From: the human T2T-CHM13v2.0 reference genome, Homo sapiens
Assembly (NCBI GenBank): GCA_009914755.4
Contig: CP068257.2
Location: forward strand, 38,016,001-38,080,000
Length of the DNA: 64,000 nucleotides
Direction: 5' to 3'
Shown: positions 27,721-39,349 of the stretch, piece by piece
How the letters are laid out: each line of letters starts with the position of its first letter
How positions within the stretch are numbered: position 1 is the stretch's first letter
The notes under the pieces: generated by a model
Told to the model about the DNA's origin: nothing
The model's input: only the letters and a program-made list of their open reading frames with translations
Database searches by the model: none
Translations under genes and position numbers: made by a program

Positions 27721-28037
27721 GCCCAAACCAACTCTGCTTTTCACTCTTTCAGTTTCATTTCTTGCTGTCCTCTCTGTCCTCTCACCCAGGGTAACATTTT
27801 TAAAGTGCCGCTATTGTGTTAAGAATTGGATTTATTCTCTGTGTTAAATTCTCTCAGCATTAACTACAGACTCTGTTATGTAAATAAGGTAAATTATCAG
27901 GATGAGAAGTGAGACTCTAATTTATGAGTTTATCATGTCTCTTTAAAAAGCTGCTAGGTGCTATCCTAACTTATTAGGCTTGAAGGATTCTGGGGGATTG
28001 GCATATTGTTACTGTTGTGGACTTTGTTTGCCTTGAT

Positions 28038-28135
28038 CATACCCATTTTACAGATGAGAAAAGTGAGGCTGGGATTGGGGCTCAAATGCGTGCTCAGAGT
28101 CACATAAGTAGGTTGGAAGGTGACGCTACAGACAT
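28038..28135 (-). mobile_element. MIR SINE fragment (minus orientation)
   Basis: catacccattttacagatgagaaaagtgaggctgggattggggctcaaatgcgtgctcagagtcacataagtaggttggaagg. Confidence 0.65.
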
Positions 28136-28989
28136 GGTAAATTGTGAAGGCCTGCTGGTAAGGCACGAGTGATTTGAATGACACTCTTTTTTTTTTTTTC
28201 CTAGTGATTCCTGTCAGAATCACCATTTTTGGTAAACAAACCAAGCCCAGAACCTGATAATTATGGAGCATTCTACACTGACAGTTCTTTGAGACAAATT
28301 TCCTCTTGGCATTTACACTGTGGCTTTAGCTTTCAAACCAGAGGTTCCTCTTACCCAGCAAAAAGTGAGTTATACGCTTTCTTAATGTTATAACGTTACC
28401 ATGGATGATCCTGAACTTGCCGAGGATAGCAGAGACGGGTGGGCAGAACAGGAAAGAATCAGATCAGAGACTGTAAAAAGTAACTTAAAAAAAAATAATT
28501 CTGGCAGAGACAGAATTTGAAGGTACTTGTGCACATCAGAACACTGGACTTGCTTTTTTCTGGGAGCAGGAATGCTGCTTAATTAGATCAGAGAAGAATG
28601 CAAGTGGTCCATACATTTAGATCTACAATGCGTGGTTTCCAGACCTGCAGCTTGTTTTGCTGCGCTTCATCATGGAGTCATAGAAGGGCAGAGCTGGAGG
28701 ACCGAGTGAGGGACCTGGTGCCATATCCCTACAGACAGGCAATTGGAGACTCCCGTAGGTTAAGGGCTGCAGAGCCTGGACCAATGCCCAGAATCTCTGA
28801 GCTTTTTATCTTACACCATGAAGTGACAGATGCTGGCAGATGTTAGACCTTTGTGCTTAACTGTTTAACCACACAGCACCCGACTTCTGTATGCAGCGAG
28901 GTTCTAGAGTTTCCAAAACACGGGTCTCCTCTCCCACCTCAGCCTCCTAGCATAAAACTAGACACATCCTCATGCTTTTGAGGTCTAAT

Positions 28990-29011
28990 CATTGGATTTT
29001 GTTCCTTTCAG
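28990..29011 (+). other. B3GALT5: 3' splice acceptor (polypyrimidine tract ttggattttgttcctttcag) feeding the B3GALT5 coding exon
   Basis: Pyrimidine-rich tract ending in CAG directly abutting the ATG at 29012. Consistent with the known multi-exon 5'UTR and single coding exon architecture of B3GALT5. Confidence 0.75.
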
Positions 29012-29944
29012 ATGGCTTTCCCGAAGATGAGATTGATGTATATTTGCCTTCTGGTTCTGGGGGCTCTTTGTTTGTATTTTAGCATGTACAGTCTAAATCC
29101 TTTCAAAGAACAGTCCTTTGTTTACAAGAAAGACGGGAACTTCCTTAAGCTCCCAGATACAGACTGCAGGCAGACACCTCCCTTCCTCGTCCTGCTGGTG
29201 ACCTCATCCCACAAACAGTTGGCTGAGCGCATGGCCATCCGGCAGACGTGGGGGAAAGAGAGGACGGTGAAGGGAAAGCAGCTGAAGACATTCTTCCTCC
29301 TGGGGACCACCAGCAGTGCAGCGGAAACAAAAGAGGTGGACCAGGAGAGCCAGCGACACGGGGACATTATCCAGAAGGATTTCCTAGACGTCTATTACAA
29401 TCTGACCCTGAAGACCATGATGGGCATAGAATGGGTCCATCGCTTTTGTCCTCAGGCGGCGTTTGTGATGAAAACAGACTCAGACATGTTCATCAATGTT
29501 GACTATCTGACTGAACTGCTTCTGAAGAAAAACAGAACAACCAGGTTTTTCACTGGCTTCTTGAAACTCAATGAGTTTCCCATCAGGCAGCCATTCAGCA
29601 AGTGGTTTGTCAGTAAATCTGAATATCCGTGGGACAGGTACCCACCATTCTGCTCCGGCACCGGCTACGTGTTTTCTGGCGACGTGGCGAGTCAGGTGTA
29701 CAATGTCTCCAAGAGCGTCCCATACATTAAACTGGAAGACGTGTTTGTGGGGCTCTGCCTCGAAAGGCTGAACATCAGATTGGAGGAGCTCCACTCCCAG
29801 CCGACCTTTTTTCCAGGGGGCTTACGCTTCTCCGTATGCCTCTTCAGGAGGATCGTGGCCTGCCACTTCATCAAGCCTCGGACTCTCTTGGACTACTGGC
29901 AGGCTCTAGAGAATTCCCGGGGGGAAGATTGTCCGCCTGTCTGA
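29012..29944 (+). CDS. B3GALT5: beta-1,3-galactosyltransferase 5 (GT31 family, type II Golgi membrane protein); complete 310-aa CDS in one exon
   Basis: Uninterrupted 933-nt ORF (MAFPKMRLMYICLLVLGALCLYFSMYSLNPF...ENSRGEDCPPV) recognised as human B3GALT5. N-terminal short cytoplasmic tail plus hydrophobic signal-anchor, DxD-type motif (MKTDSDMF), conserved galactosyltransferase motifs (FLLG, EDVFVG), N-glycosylation sequons NLT/NRT/NVS. ATG immediately follows a splice acceptor. Confidence 0.95.
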   Translation: MAFPKMRLMYICLLVLGALCLYFSMYSLNPFKEQSFVYKKDGNFLKLPDTDCRQTPPFLVLLVTSSHKQLAERMAIRQTWGKERTVKGKQLKTFFLLGTTSSAAETKEVDQESQRHGDIIQKDFLDVYYNLTLKTMMGIEWVHRFCPQAAFVMKTDSDMFINVDYLTELLLKKNRTTRFFTGFLKLNEFPIRQPFSKWFVSKSEYPWDRYPPFCSGTGYVFSGDVASQVYNVSKSVPYIKLEDVFVGLCLERLNIRLEELHSQPTFFPGGLRFSVCLFRRIVACHFIKPRTLLDYWQALENSRGEDCPPV

Positions 29945-30214
29945 GGGGAGCCCAGAGGCACATCCGGACAAGTTTCAGATAACCCGTGGGGATAGTTTTT
30001 GCTAGATTTTGGAAGAGGGGGCGGGACAGAGGATGCTGTTCTTCAGTGCTGAAATCCACGCCAGAATGTCGGTGTTCATGAAGTCACTGATTAGTTCCCA
30101 CTTGGTGCCCCAGGCAATAATAGGCCCGTCTCTTGGGCACGCACACTCTTCATACTAAGTGTTTGACATACACCTGGATTTTTGCATTTCAGGGGTCAGT
30201 ATCCTATGACATGA

Positions 30215-30367
30215 TGGGTGTTACCATCCTAATTTTACAGGCAAGGACACAGCAGCTGCGAGAGGTACAGAAACTTGTCCCAAGGCTCACAGCCAGTAGG
30301 CATAGGAGCGGGAATGAAAATCGAGCACTGTCAGAATCTGGTGGGCAGCCCCTGACTTGAACCACTC
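30215..30367 (-). mobile_element. MIR SINE (minus orientation) ~270 bp downstream of the B3GALT5 stop codon
   Basis: ccatcctaattttacaggcaaggacacagcagctgcgagaggtacagaaacttgtcccaaggctcacagccagtaggcataggagcgggaatgaaaatcgagcactgtcagaatctggtgggcagcccctgacttgaaccact. Confidence 0.7.
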
Positions 30368-31890
30368 CCACGTGCTGCCTCCCTTAGGAGGGGACACTGA
30401 TGATGAGGTCTCGGAGCCGGCATCCTTCCATCCCTGTCGAGTCCCCTCCACCTCAGCTCCCAGTCCTTGTGCTTTTTGGAGCTAAGCCTGGGATGACCAA
30501 ATTCACCCCAGCTCCTTCATTCACAGGGCTGGATGTAGCTGGGATTGAGTCCATGTTATCGGCTCGGTACTCAACACAACCCAAGTTTCATCCGAGGAAA
30601 TGTCCCCGCAGTGGATGCAGCTCACATGCTGAGGAACACCCAGCTCTGGACAGAGTTCTTATAAATGTATAAATTAGGCTCAGAAACCACTGCATTCTGA
30701 CCTGCTGTACAGACTGCCCACACTGCTGACCTGCCTAGCAAGCAGGACATCCCTTCTGAGCCATCTGCTGCTCTCTCATTTCATCACCCCAACTGTCCCT
30801 TGTTTTTGATCAATGGGGACCAGCCACTGCCCCAGGAGCACTTTAGGGCTCTCAGTTCAAACTGAAGGACAGTTGAACTCAGATGGGGTTCATGTGGGAT
30901 TCTGGGAGCTTTCTGGGAATTCAGTTGGAGTCAAGTCAGGATGCTCTCAAGGACCCCTCGGGCTCAGAGCCCTAAAGTGGGCCCTGGTGAAGCAGGGTGG
31001 TCCTGCGTCCACTTCCCAAGCCTGAGCCAAGCTCATCTTCATTGAATGTCTCATTTGGCCGAGGAACAACTGAACTTTGTGGTTTGCTGTTTAGCCTTCA
31101 GTTTGCTCCGCTGCCTCCTACCCAGAGGTTTGTGCGAGCCTGTGTTGCAGGGTTGTATAAAACCAAGGTACTTCGTTAGTTTTGCCCATTCAGCCATGGT
31201 CACGTGACATGCAAAGTAATCTTGCTCCTAATTATAGAAATGATTTTTCTTTTAATTTTTTACTTTACCAGACTTTACTTTGTACTCAGAGAAGAGGCCT
31301 CACATGGCTGTGTCACATATAAATGTTGGACTAAACTCTTACTTGAACTCAGGAAAAGTTACTTGCTGCAAAATGGTTTTGACCATGTTCAATTGCAAAA
31401 GTACGTCTGATATCCTATTTTGCATACCATTTCTTGTGTTTGGATTAAGCTGCTTCTTTGTAGATGTGTTTCCTCATCCTGGCTGCTCTGAACGCACTGG
31501 GTCATGTTCAGAAAAGCCTCCTTCTCAGGTGGAAAAAATCAGGGACTGAGCTTGTCTTTTGAAGCCCAAATTTAAGAGCCACGCCTCTCGGTTCCATAGG
31601 ATGGGCCGCCTCTCATTCTGAAGATGACTGTGCTTTGAGGGAGAAGTCGTCTGTTTGGCAGTAGGCCTGCGTCTGTGTTTCGTGGTCTACCTTGTCAGGT
31701 GTGTGTCTGTGTGGCCACTGGTCTCAGTCGGCGAGGCCGGTCCAGCTGCTGCCTCTGTGTGACTGGCTTTGGGTCTGGCCTTCACAGCATCAGCTCACAG
31801 CCCACAGCTCCAGGGACAAATGAGGACAGGCGTGGGCTCTCCCTACTGCTTCTGTGTGTTCTTAAAGGATTTTCTTTGAGACCCATTGTT

Positions 31891-31948
31891 TCCCCTCCCC
31901 TCCCCTCCCCTCCCATCCCCTTCCCTCTTCTTTTCTTTTCTTTTTTTC
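31891..31948. repeat. (CCCCT)n then (CTTTT)n polypyrimidine tract
   Basis: tcccctcccctcccctcccctcccatccccttccctcttcttttcttttctttttttc. Confidence 0.9.
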
Positions 31949-32074
31949 TGACAGGGTCTCACCCTGTCACCCAAGCTGGAGCGTAGTGGCCTGATCTCGC
32001 TGCAGCCTTGAACTCAACGAGCCTCAAACGAGCCTCCTGCCTCAGCCAGTGGGTAGTTGGGATTACAGGTGTGT
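31941..32074 (-). mobile_element. Alu right-arm fragment (minus orientation)
   Basis: tttttttctgacagggtctcaccctgtcacccaagctggagcgtagtggcctgatctcgctgcagccttgaactc...cctcctgcctcagccagtgggtagttgggattacaggtgtg. Preceded by a (CCCCT)n tract. Confidence 0.8.
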
Positions 32075-32534
32075 ATTTCTTTATACAATGAATAATTCTT
32101 TTTCTTGAGGAAAAAACATTATTTCATGAATCTAGAACTTGAAGGAACCTTAGAGCTCATTCAATCCTGCCTCCTCTTTTATGTGGGATGCAAACGAGGC
32201 TCAGAGAGACGTAACAACTTGCCCAGGACCTTCCCAGCTTGTTTGTTGCAGAAGGAGGGTTCCAGCTCAGCGTGGGTTTCCTGGTGCTGTCTTGTCTGGA
32301 TGTGAGAGTGAGAAACAATGTGAAAGCATGAGTGAGGAGGCCAAGCAGTGCTTCCCCAGGAACACCCAGCGCTAGCTCCAGAGTGGGAATGGAGAGGTCC
32401 AGGTTGGCCGGGCCGGGGCTTCACCGCAGGCACCCAGAGAGGAAGGATTCCGATGGGCAGGTGCTGAGCTAGGGGCTGTGTAGGTATTGCCTCATCTACA
32501 TGCTCTCAATGAGTTTTCCGGGGGCAGAGACCTG

Positions 32535-32640
32535 CAGTTGCTCAGGTTTACAGATTAGGAAACTGAGGCAGAGAGAGAGAGGGTGAACAACTCATTCAAG
32601 GTTACATAGGTGAAAAGTGGTGGAAACGGGGTGACCCTAA
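32535..32640 (-). mobile_element. MIR-like fragment
   Basis: ggtttacagattaggaaactgaggcagagagagagagggtgaacaactcattcaaggttacataggtgaaaagtggtgg. Confidence 0.5.
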
Positions 32641-34754
32641 GCTGCCCTGTGGCCTCCCCAGCCACCTGCTGACGGAGCTGTGGGAGCACATTGCATTGGC
32701 TGCTCCCACTGCCTCTCTGGGGTGCCTCCTCAGACTCCCCCAACCATACACGCCTACCCCCAGCCCCCAAACCTCCGTACTCTGCCTTCTACTGTGACTG
32801 TGGCAGAAGCCACTTGGCCCCCGTGGTGCCAGAACCCCTGGTATTGGACTGACTCCAGCTCTTCTTCCACAGCTCCTGATGTGGCCTCACTCTCGTCCTA
32901 CCACCTGCTGTCCCCTCTGCTGGATCACCCCATTAGCACACAGACACGCTGCCATTTTCCACCTGACCAGAAATGGCCACCACCTTCCCCGACCCCTTCC
33001 CTGACCCCCTTCCCCGTCCCGCTGCCCCATCCTGTTGCGTTTCTGGTGGAACCCCGCACGAGAGTTTTACTTGTCTGTTGCCTCGTCCTAATCCTTCCCT
33101 TCTTTCCCAAATGCCGTCTCATCAGACTTCTGCACCCCCACTCCACCCACGTGGCCCTTCTCAGGGCACCCACCACCCCCTGTGGCTGGGTCCTGTGGGC
33201 AGTTCTTGTTCTCCTCCTGCTTGACGTGGCGAGTCCTCATCACCAGCTTCCAGGACACCGGGTGCTCTTGGTCTCCCTCCTCCTTGCTGCTCGCCTTTTC
33301 CATCTCCCCTGCTTGCTCCTTCTCTTTGCTCTGACAGTGTCGTGCTGGAGGATCCTGGGCTCTGCGTGGGGCCCCCTTTCTTCCCTGGTTATACCCAGTC
33401 CTCCGAGGGGCCCACCTTGTCTCATGGCTTTAAATATGTTGATGATGTTTCCATTTATCTCCAGCCTAGAACTCTTTCTTGCTCTTCAATCCACTGCCTA
33501 CCTGATTTCCCATAGTGAACAATCCAACACTGACCTTCTGGTTAACTGCCCCACATCCAGCCCATCTGCAGCCATTCCCGTCTCAGGTAATGGCCACTCC
33601 ATCTTCCTGCAGCTCAAGTGGGAAGCCCTGGAGCCATTCCGACTCCTCTCCCATCTGGTGCATCAGGAAAGACTGTGGGAACTACCTTCAAATTCTCTCC
33701 AGGAGCCAACCACCTCCTGCCCCTCCACTGCGACCACCCTTGTTCAAGCCTGCATTGCCTCTCACCTGCATTCGTGCAGCTACCTCCAGACCCTCCCTCA
33801 GCTTCCATTATTGCATCCTTTGGTCTCTTCCCAGCAGCATCCAGAGTGATCCTTTGAAAATCTCATTTCTCTGCTCAAAACCCTCCTGAGGTTTCCCATC
33901 ACCAAGGATATTAAGGATAAAAACCACATCCTTCATACCATTGTCTACCTGTGATTCCCTAATCGTGTCCCTTTGCTCACTCCCTCTGGCCTCTTGCTGT
34001 TCCCTGAACAGCAGTCTGTTCCAGCCACAGCAGCCCCTTTGCCCTATGTGCCCATCCCCGTCAGCCTTGGCACTGGCTGTCCTCTCTGCTGGGAGTGCCC
34101 TTTCTTCAGATGCTCTCATGCTTCGCTTCTTTGCCTTGTTGACATTTGGTCAATGTCACCTTCTCAGTGAGGCCTACCCTGACCTCCCTGTAGGAAAATG
34201 CAACTCACCTCACTCCCATGCCCCGTACCTTATATTGTTTTCCTTGCGCTTACCAATTTCTAACAAAGCATGTAATATCTGTTTATTATAACATATCTAT
34301 ATTTTATGGTTTATGTTTCACGCGACTTGAATGTAACCTTTGTGTGGGCCGTGGGTCTTTCTCTGTTTCCTTCACTGACGCACCTTGGATTCTTAGCATG
34401 GTCCCAGCACATAGTAGATGCTCAATAAACATTTGTTGAGTGGAACTGAATGTATTGGTATGGTAGGTGGGTTTTAGAAGGGAATGGGTGAACCAGGACT
34501 GAAAAAAAAGAAATATTTTTCAAAGTAAGCCAACACTGTGGTTTCACTTGAGTCAGTAAGTAGGAAATGGGTGCGACTCTGTGACCTGAAAACCTAGAAA
34601 TGCTCCACAGCCATGCTCTTCACCCCTTTTCTTCCAAAACGGAAAACCTCACACAATGCAGGGTGGACAGAATCACACGGTGCAGTCTGTGCGCCTGTCC
34701 TCCAGCCCGACACCTGGCCAGTCCTGTCTCATCTACACTGTCATGCAAACTCTT

Positions 34755-35045
34755 GTTTTTGTTTGTTTGTTTTTGAGACAGAGTCTCACTCTGTCACCTA
34801 GGCTGAAGTGCAGTGGTGCAGTCTTGGATCACTGCAACCTCCACCTCCTGGGTTCTTGTGCCTCAGCCTCCCGAGTAGCTAGGATTATAGGCATGCACCA
34901 CCAACCAGCTAATTTTTGTATTGTTAGTAGAGACGGGGTTTCACCATGTTGGCCAGGCTGGTCTTGAACTCCTGACCTCAGGTAATCTACGTGCCTCAGC
35001 CTCCCAGAGTGCTGGGATTATAGGTGTGAGCCACCACACCCAGCC
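34755..35045 (-). mobile_element. Alu SINE (minus orientation)
   Basis: tttgtttgtttgtttttgagacagagtctcactctgtcacctaggctgaagtgcagtggtgcagtcttggatcactgcaacctccacctcctggg ... gctgggattataggtgtgagccaccacacccagcc. Confidence 0.93.
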
Positions 35046-36311
35046 ATGTTTCAAGAATTTGTGCTTCAGCTCAGCACTTAGTGGCAGTGGGAAGACCAGA
35101 CCTCCTGACCCTTCAGCCTGCTGGCATCCACCATGCCTTAAAAAACAAAACAAAACCCTAAATGTATTTAATTCCTGCTCCTCTTCAAACACACCATTGT
35201 AACCACATAATACACTGTGTGAAAAGAGAGGAAAGAAAAATCCAAGTCAACAATAACTTGCCAGGCCTTCTTTCCTTGAGCCCCATATCCCACGCCCGCT
35301 GTGCTAACCTCTGGCTTGCCGCCCACACCTGTCTGGATTCATCCCGACTCGAGCCACCTCCTCCTAACTGGTCCCACGGGCCTGTCCCTGCCACTTTCCA
35401 ATCTGTCCTCCACTTGACATTTGGAGTAATTTTTTAAAACAGCAAATCTGATTAGGAAACTCAGAGGCCCAGGGAAGCCAGTGACTTGCCCTCTGGCACC
35501 CTGTCCTGAGGGTAGAGCTTCCTGGCACAGGGTCAGTGAGCCCCGAGGCCACCTCCCTGGAGGCTGCAGGAGGGTGAGCGTGGTCAAGAGCAGCAATTTT
35601 CATTGTTTCATGTGTCATTGCCTATTTAACGAGCTTCGCAGTGCCCTCAATTTGCTAAGTTAACTTTGGCCACGCCGTCCGTGAGAGGTCAGACTGGTGA
35701 TTTCCAACTCCCACCGGGCACCGGGTGCTGCACCGGTTATCCCAACAGGCTGGCACAGAGGGCTGAAATGGACTTGGAAAGCCAAATAATTAATTTTCAT
35801 GCGAGTTTTTGATCCCCTTGAGTGTGGTTATTTTTGTGCAAAAAATTATCCCGATGTTTACTTTGGTTTCATAAGTAATTTATTAAAATTCCTTCCTAAG
35901 CTTTAAATTTCAGCTAACAAATATGAGCATGGCCTCTGGGAATGGTAAGAACAAGGAAGCATTGTGTGTGTGTGTGCACACCCCAAGGTTGTGCAGCTAG
36001 AAGTGCAGAATGTGGATTCCGTCCGCTCTTTAGGGCACAGCTAGCCCTGTGCACCTGTAGAAACTGTACTGACGTACAGCCTTGCAGAGCCTCCAGCTTC
36101 CATGGTGGCAGGAGCCATGGAAAATAGAGACCCACCCGGTAAGGAGGTAACTGGGACACCAGGTTACTGTCTACCTGGTGGGGAAGCTGGGGAAAAGGGC
36201 CCATGGGAGGATACTAACTGGGGAAGAGGAGACCTTGCTTCCAGGGCTGGGCGACCCACTTACGGAGGCCCCATTCCATTTACATCTCCGCTCAAGCCTC
36301 CGCCTCCGGGT

Positions 36312-36500
36312 TCCAGCCCTGGCTCTGCAATTTGCTAGCTGTGGCCCCAGGTGGTCATTCTCTCTGCACCTCAGTCTCTGCATCTCTATAAAATGGGATG
36401 ATAATAGTGTTCACCTCAGAAGGTTGTCAGAGGTGTGGAAATTAAGATAATTCACATTGAGTTCTTGGCACGGCTGTGCCTAGCACTGGGTGCAGGCTGA
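36312..36500 (+). mobile_element. MIR SINE (plus orientation)
   Basis: ccagccctggctctgcaatttgctagctgtggccccaggtggtcattctctctgcacctcagtctctgcatctctataaaatgggatgataatagtgttcacctcagaaggttgtcagaggtgtggaaattaagataattcacattgagttcttggcacggctgtgcctagcactgggtgcagg. Confidence 0.8.
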
Positions 36501-37159
36501 ATGCATGGGCTGCTATCGCGATGTTGTATCTAATGGCCTGCAGTGGTTGCTTAGCAGCAATGGGTTTGCTTGGTTATTTCCTGATTTGGGGTAAATAGAT
36601 CCAGAGACCAAGGCTCCATGTTATCCCCAGCACCGGGCTGACCCCAAGTACCAGAGAGGTCTCCATGGCCCCAGGCTGCAGAGGACCCAGGTTACAACTT
36701 GCTCAAGTAGACCCAGGATCTAGGCTTATCCTAGTAGATCTTGGTACCAGGCCAGCCTCTGTGACCTGAGACTCCAAGACCACCATTGCAGACCCAGGCT
36801 CTAAGCTAGCCTCTGCAAACTCAGGATATATATTCCAAATATCCCTGATTTGGGGGGCAAGGTCTGTGTGTGATTTGCAGAGTAACGATATGAAGAAGGA
36901 GGTCTTGTTAAGATGGCGTGGTGTGGAGTGCCCAGGTGTGAAATGGTTGTCTCAATGGAAGTTGTAGCCTCCTCCTCCCATGACATCATCCTCACACGTG
37001 CTCAGTGTTAGGCATTTTTTCCCCCTCCTGCTCTGAATCAATGCGAGTGAGATATGCATGCGGGAGGGACAAGCTTGCATGGCACCCAGCTGTGGTACAT
37101 TTAGAACTCGGCCTCAGCCCTCCAGTGTGACCTTGGGCATACCCTTCACCCCCGGGCTC

Positions 37160-37400
37160 TGTTCGCTGGGGCAGGGTCTGCGCTCTGGAGTCAGGCTGCC
37201 TGGGTTTGAATTTTACCTTTCTCGCCAAGTCCCTTGAGTGGCAAGTTACTTATCTTCTCATTGTCTCCGTTTTGTTATCTGAAGAATGGGACCATAGTAG
37301 TTCCCGCCTCATGGGATGATCATGTGGGTTAAATGAGAGGATGAGTATAAACTGCTCAACATCCCATGGTAGGTGCTCAGTAAATGCAGGTGCTTATGAT
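37160..37400 (+). mobile_element. MIR SINE (plus orientation)
   Basis: tggagtcaggctgcctgggtttgaattttacctttctcgccaagtcccttgagtggcaagttacttatcttctcattgtctccgttttgttatctgaagaatgggaccatagtagttcccgcctcatgggatgatcatgtgggttaaatgagaggatgagtataaactgctcaacatcccatggtaggtgctcagtaaatgcagg. Confidence 0.8.
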
Positions 37401-38663
37401 TATAGTCAGTGTTTGGGCTGTGAATTTTGGTGGATTCTATGGTGGTGTATACAGCACTATCTATCAGTGTACCTGTCAGTGTCTGGTGATCTCTGTGCAA
37501 ATCAAAAACTCTTCAGATTGAGTCTGTAGGGCTTTGTTTCAGCTCTTGTTCTTTTTCTTCATTTGAATCTTTCCTGGAACTCTTGGAGAAGTTCTTCTGT
37601 TCGTGACATTCTTCACAATCAGAGCACTGTGTTCTTGACCCTCTTAATTCAGAATATGTGAAAATCTGAATGAGGTAAAAGAAGTTGGAGCTGGAAGATG
37701 CCTTAGAAATTATCTACAGTATTTTTTTTTTTAAGATAAAACCTTTTACAGTTAGGAAAGCCAAAGCTCAGAAAAATGGAGTGACTTTGCCAGGTCCTTC
37801 AGCGAGTGGCACATCCAGGATTAAAAGCTGGCATCAGAAATCCCATGTCAGACATTCATTCGTTTATTTATTCATCTGTTGAGTGCTCAGTGCTTTGACC
37901 GGGCATCCTGAATGAGGGTCAAGCTGAGGTTCGAGGCCGTGGGTTTTGCATACAGAGCTTTCACTGGGTAAATACACAATGCTGAGAAGATTATCAGGGG
38001 CACCTGATCCCTTGACAGCTGAATAAAGAAGCGTTCCAGTGCCTTCTCTGTGGGCATCGTAAGCCATGTCCATCCATACCTGCTGTTTCACTGAAACCCC
38101 ACAGCAGCCTCTGGAGGGCACCATTCTTATAATTATGCCCCTGGATTTAAGAGGAGGAAACTGAGGGGCAGGTGACTCAGTGACTTCCCCGGGGGCTCAG
38201 ACGTGGTGGAGACACAGGCCCTCGGCCTCCAAATGCTGCCTCCCGCGAGCAGCCTTGCTTTTCTCCACTTGGCACAGTGGTGAGTCCTCCGATGTATCTG
38301 CTTTCATAGGAAGCTTGGGACCAGCCCTGCCCAAGGAGTGTGCCACCTGACCCCTTTTCCTGTCTTCTGTCACTTTTTTTTTTCCAAGTGTTGATATGAG
38401 TTTCAGTCTGCCCCTTCCTGGGCCTGTTTGACCTCCTGGGATTCGGCACTTAGTTATCTGTGTCATTCCCAAGGACCTCCCGTTTAGCTGGATCCCCTGA
38501 CCTGTCCTGCCCTGGCCAGCCCTCTCTTGAGGTTACTCAAGTGTCCAATGGCAGCCCAAACAAATGTCTGGCTTCAGAAAATAAACTCTTCAGTCCAGCC
38601 CACTTTCCCTGTCTCCCTATCTAATGCCCTTGCAAAACAAGCCCGGGGGCGCCACACTCAGAC

Positions 38664-38731
38664 TGTGTGTGTGTGTGTGTGTGTGTGTATCTATGAGAGA
38701 GAGAGAGACAGACAGACAGATCTGAGGCTCT
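38664..38731. repeat. Compound (GT)12-(GA)n-(CAGA)n microsatellite
   Basis: tgtgtgtgtgtgtgtgtgtgtgtgtatctatgagagagagagagacagacagacagatctg. Confidence 0.92.
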
Positions 38732-39349
38732 AATTAGAGATACCATGCTCAGTGGAAGCTGGTTCTGAACAATGTTAACTGCCCCACCCGTGTCCATGAA
38801 GGGCAGTGGAAGAGCAAGGGGCGGTTTAATTACCTGGGATGTAAAACAGCAGGCACCCCCACTGCCCTCCTCAGCTGTTGGGGTGGCAGGGTGGAGTTGA
38901 GGGCCTCACTCGTTTTCACCTTTGCACAATCAGTCACACATTTGTTATATGACAGCTATGTGCCACACACCCATGTTCAGTAAGGTGGAAGCCAGCTGCA
39001 GGCGTGGTCCACAGTTCCAGACATCTCTGAAGGATGTGACACCAACTTTCAGGCAGAACATTTAGAAAGAGTGAAATAAAGTGAAACAGATCAACCAGCC
39101 TATTGAGTATCTACGTGTTTTTTTTACAGGCAAGAACTGAGGAGGCAATACTATTTAGAATCCTTGATAAACAGTTCCAAAAGAAAAAAAAAAACAGGCT
39201 TTGGTGACTCTCATGGGCCCTCCATGCCAAGAGTCTATGGCTCTGTGATATATTAAATCAGGCTTGTTAATTATTTAATCTAACAGCTGCCATGCACCCT
39301 CATTTTAAAAACAGATGAGGCAATGTTTACATTTTCTCCATGTCCTCCA

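Noticed and set aside
29122-29874. Minus-strand and alternate-frame ORFs overlapping the B3GALT5 exon (29122..29367, 29145..29330, 29248..29502, 29480..29794, 29571..29771, 29692..29874)
   Set aside because: These are shadow ORFs inside a real coding exon. The + strand frame-1 ORF is the authentic product.
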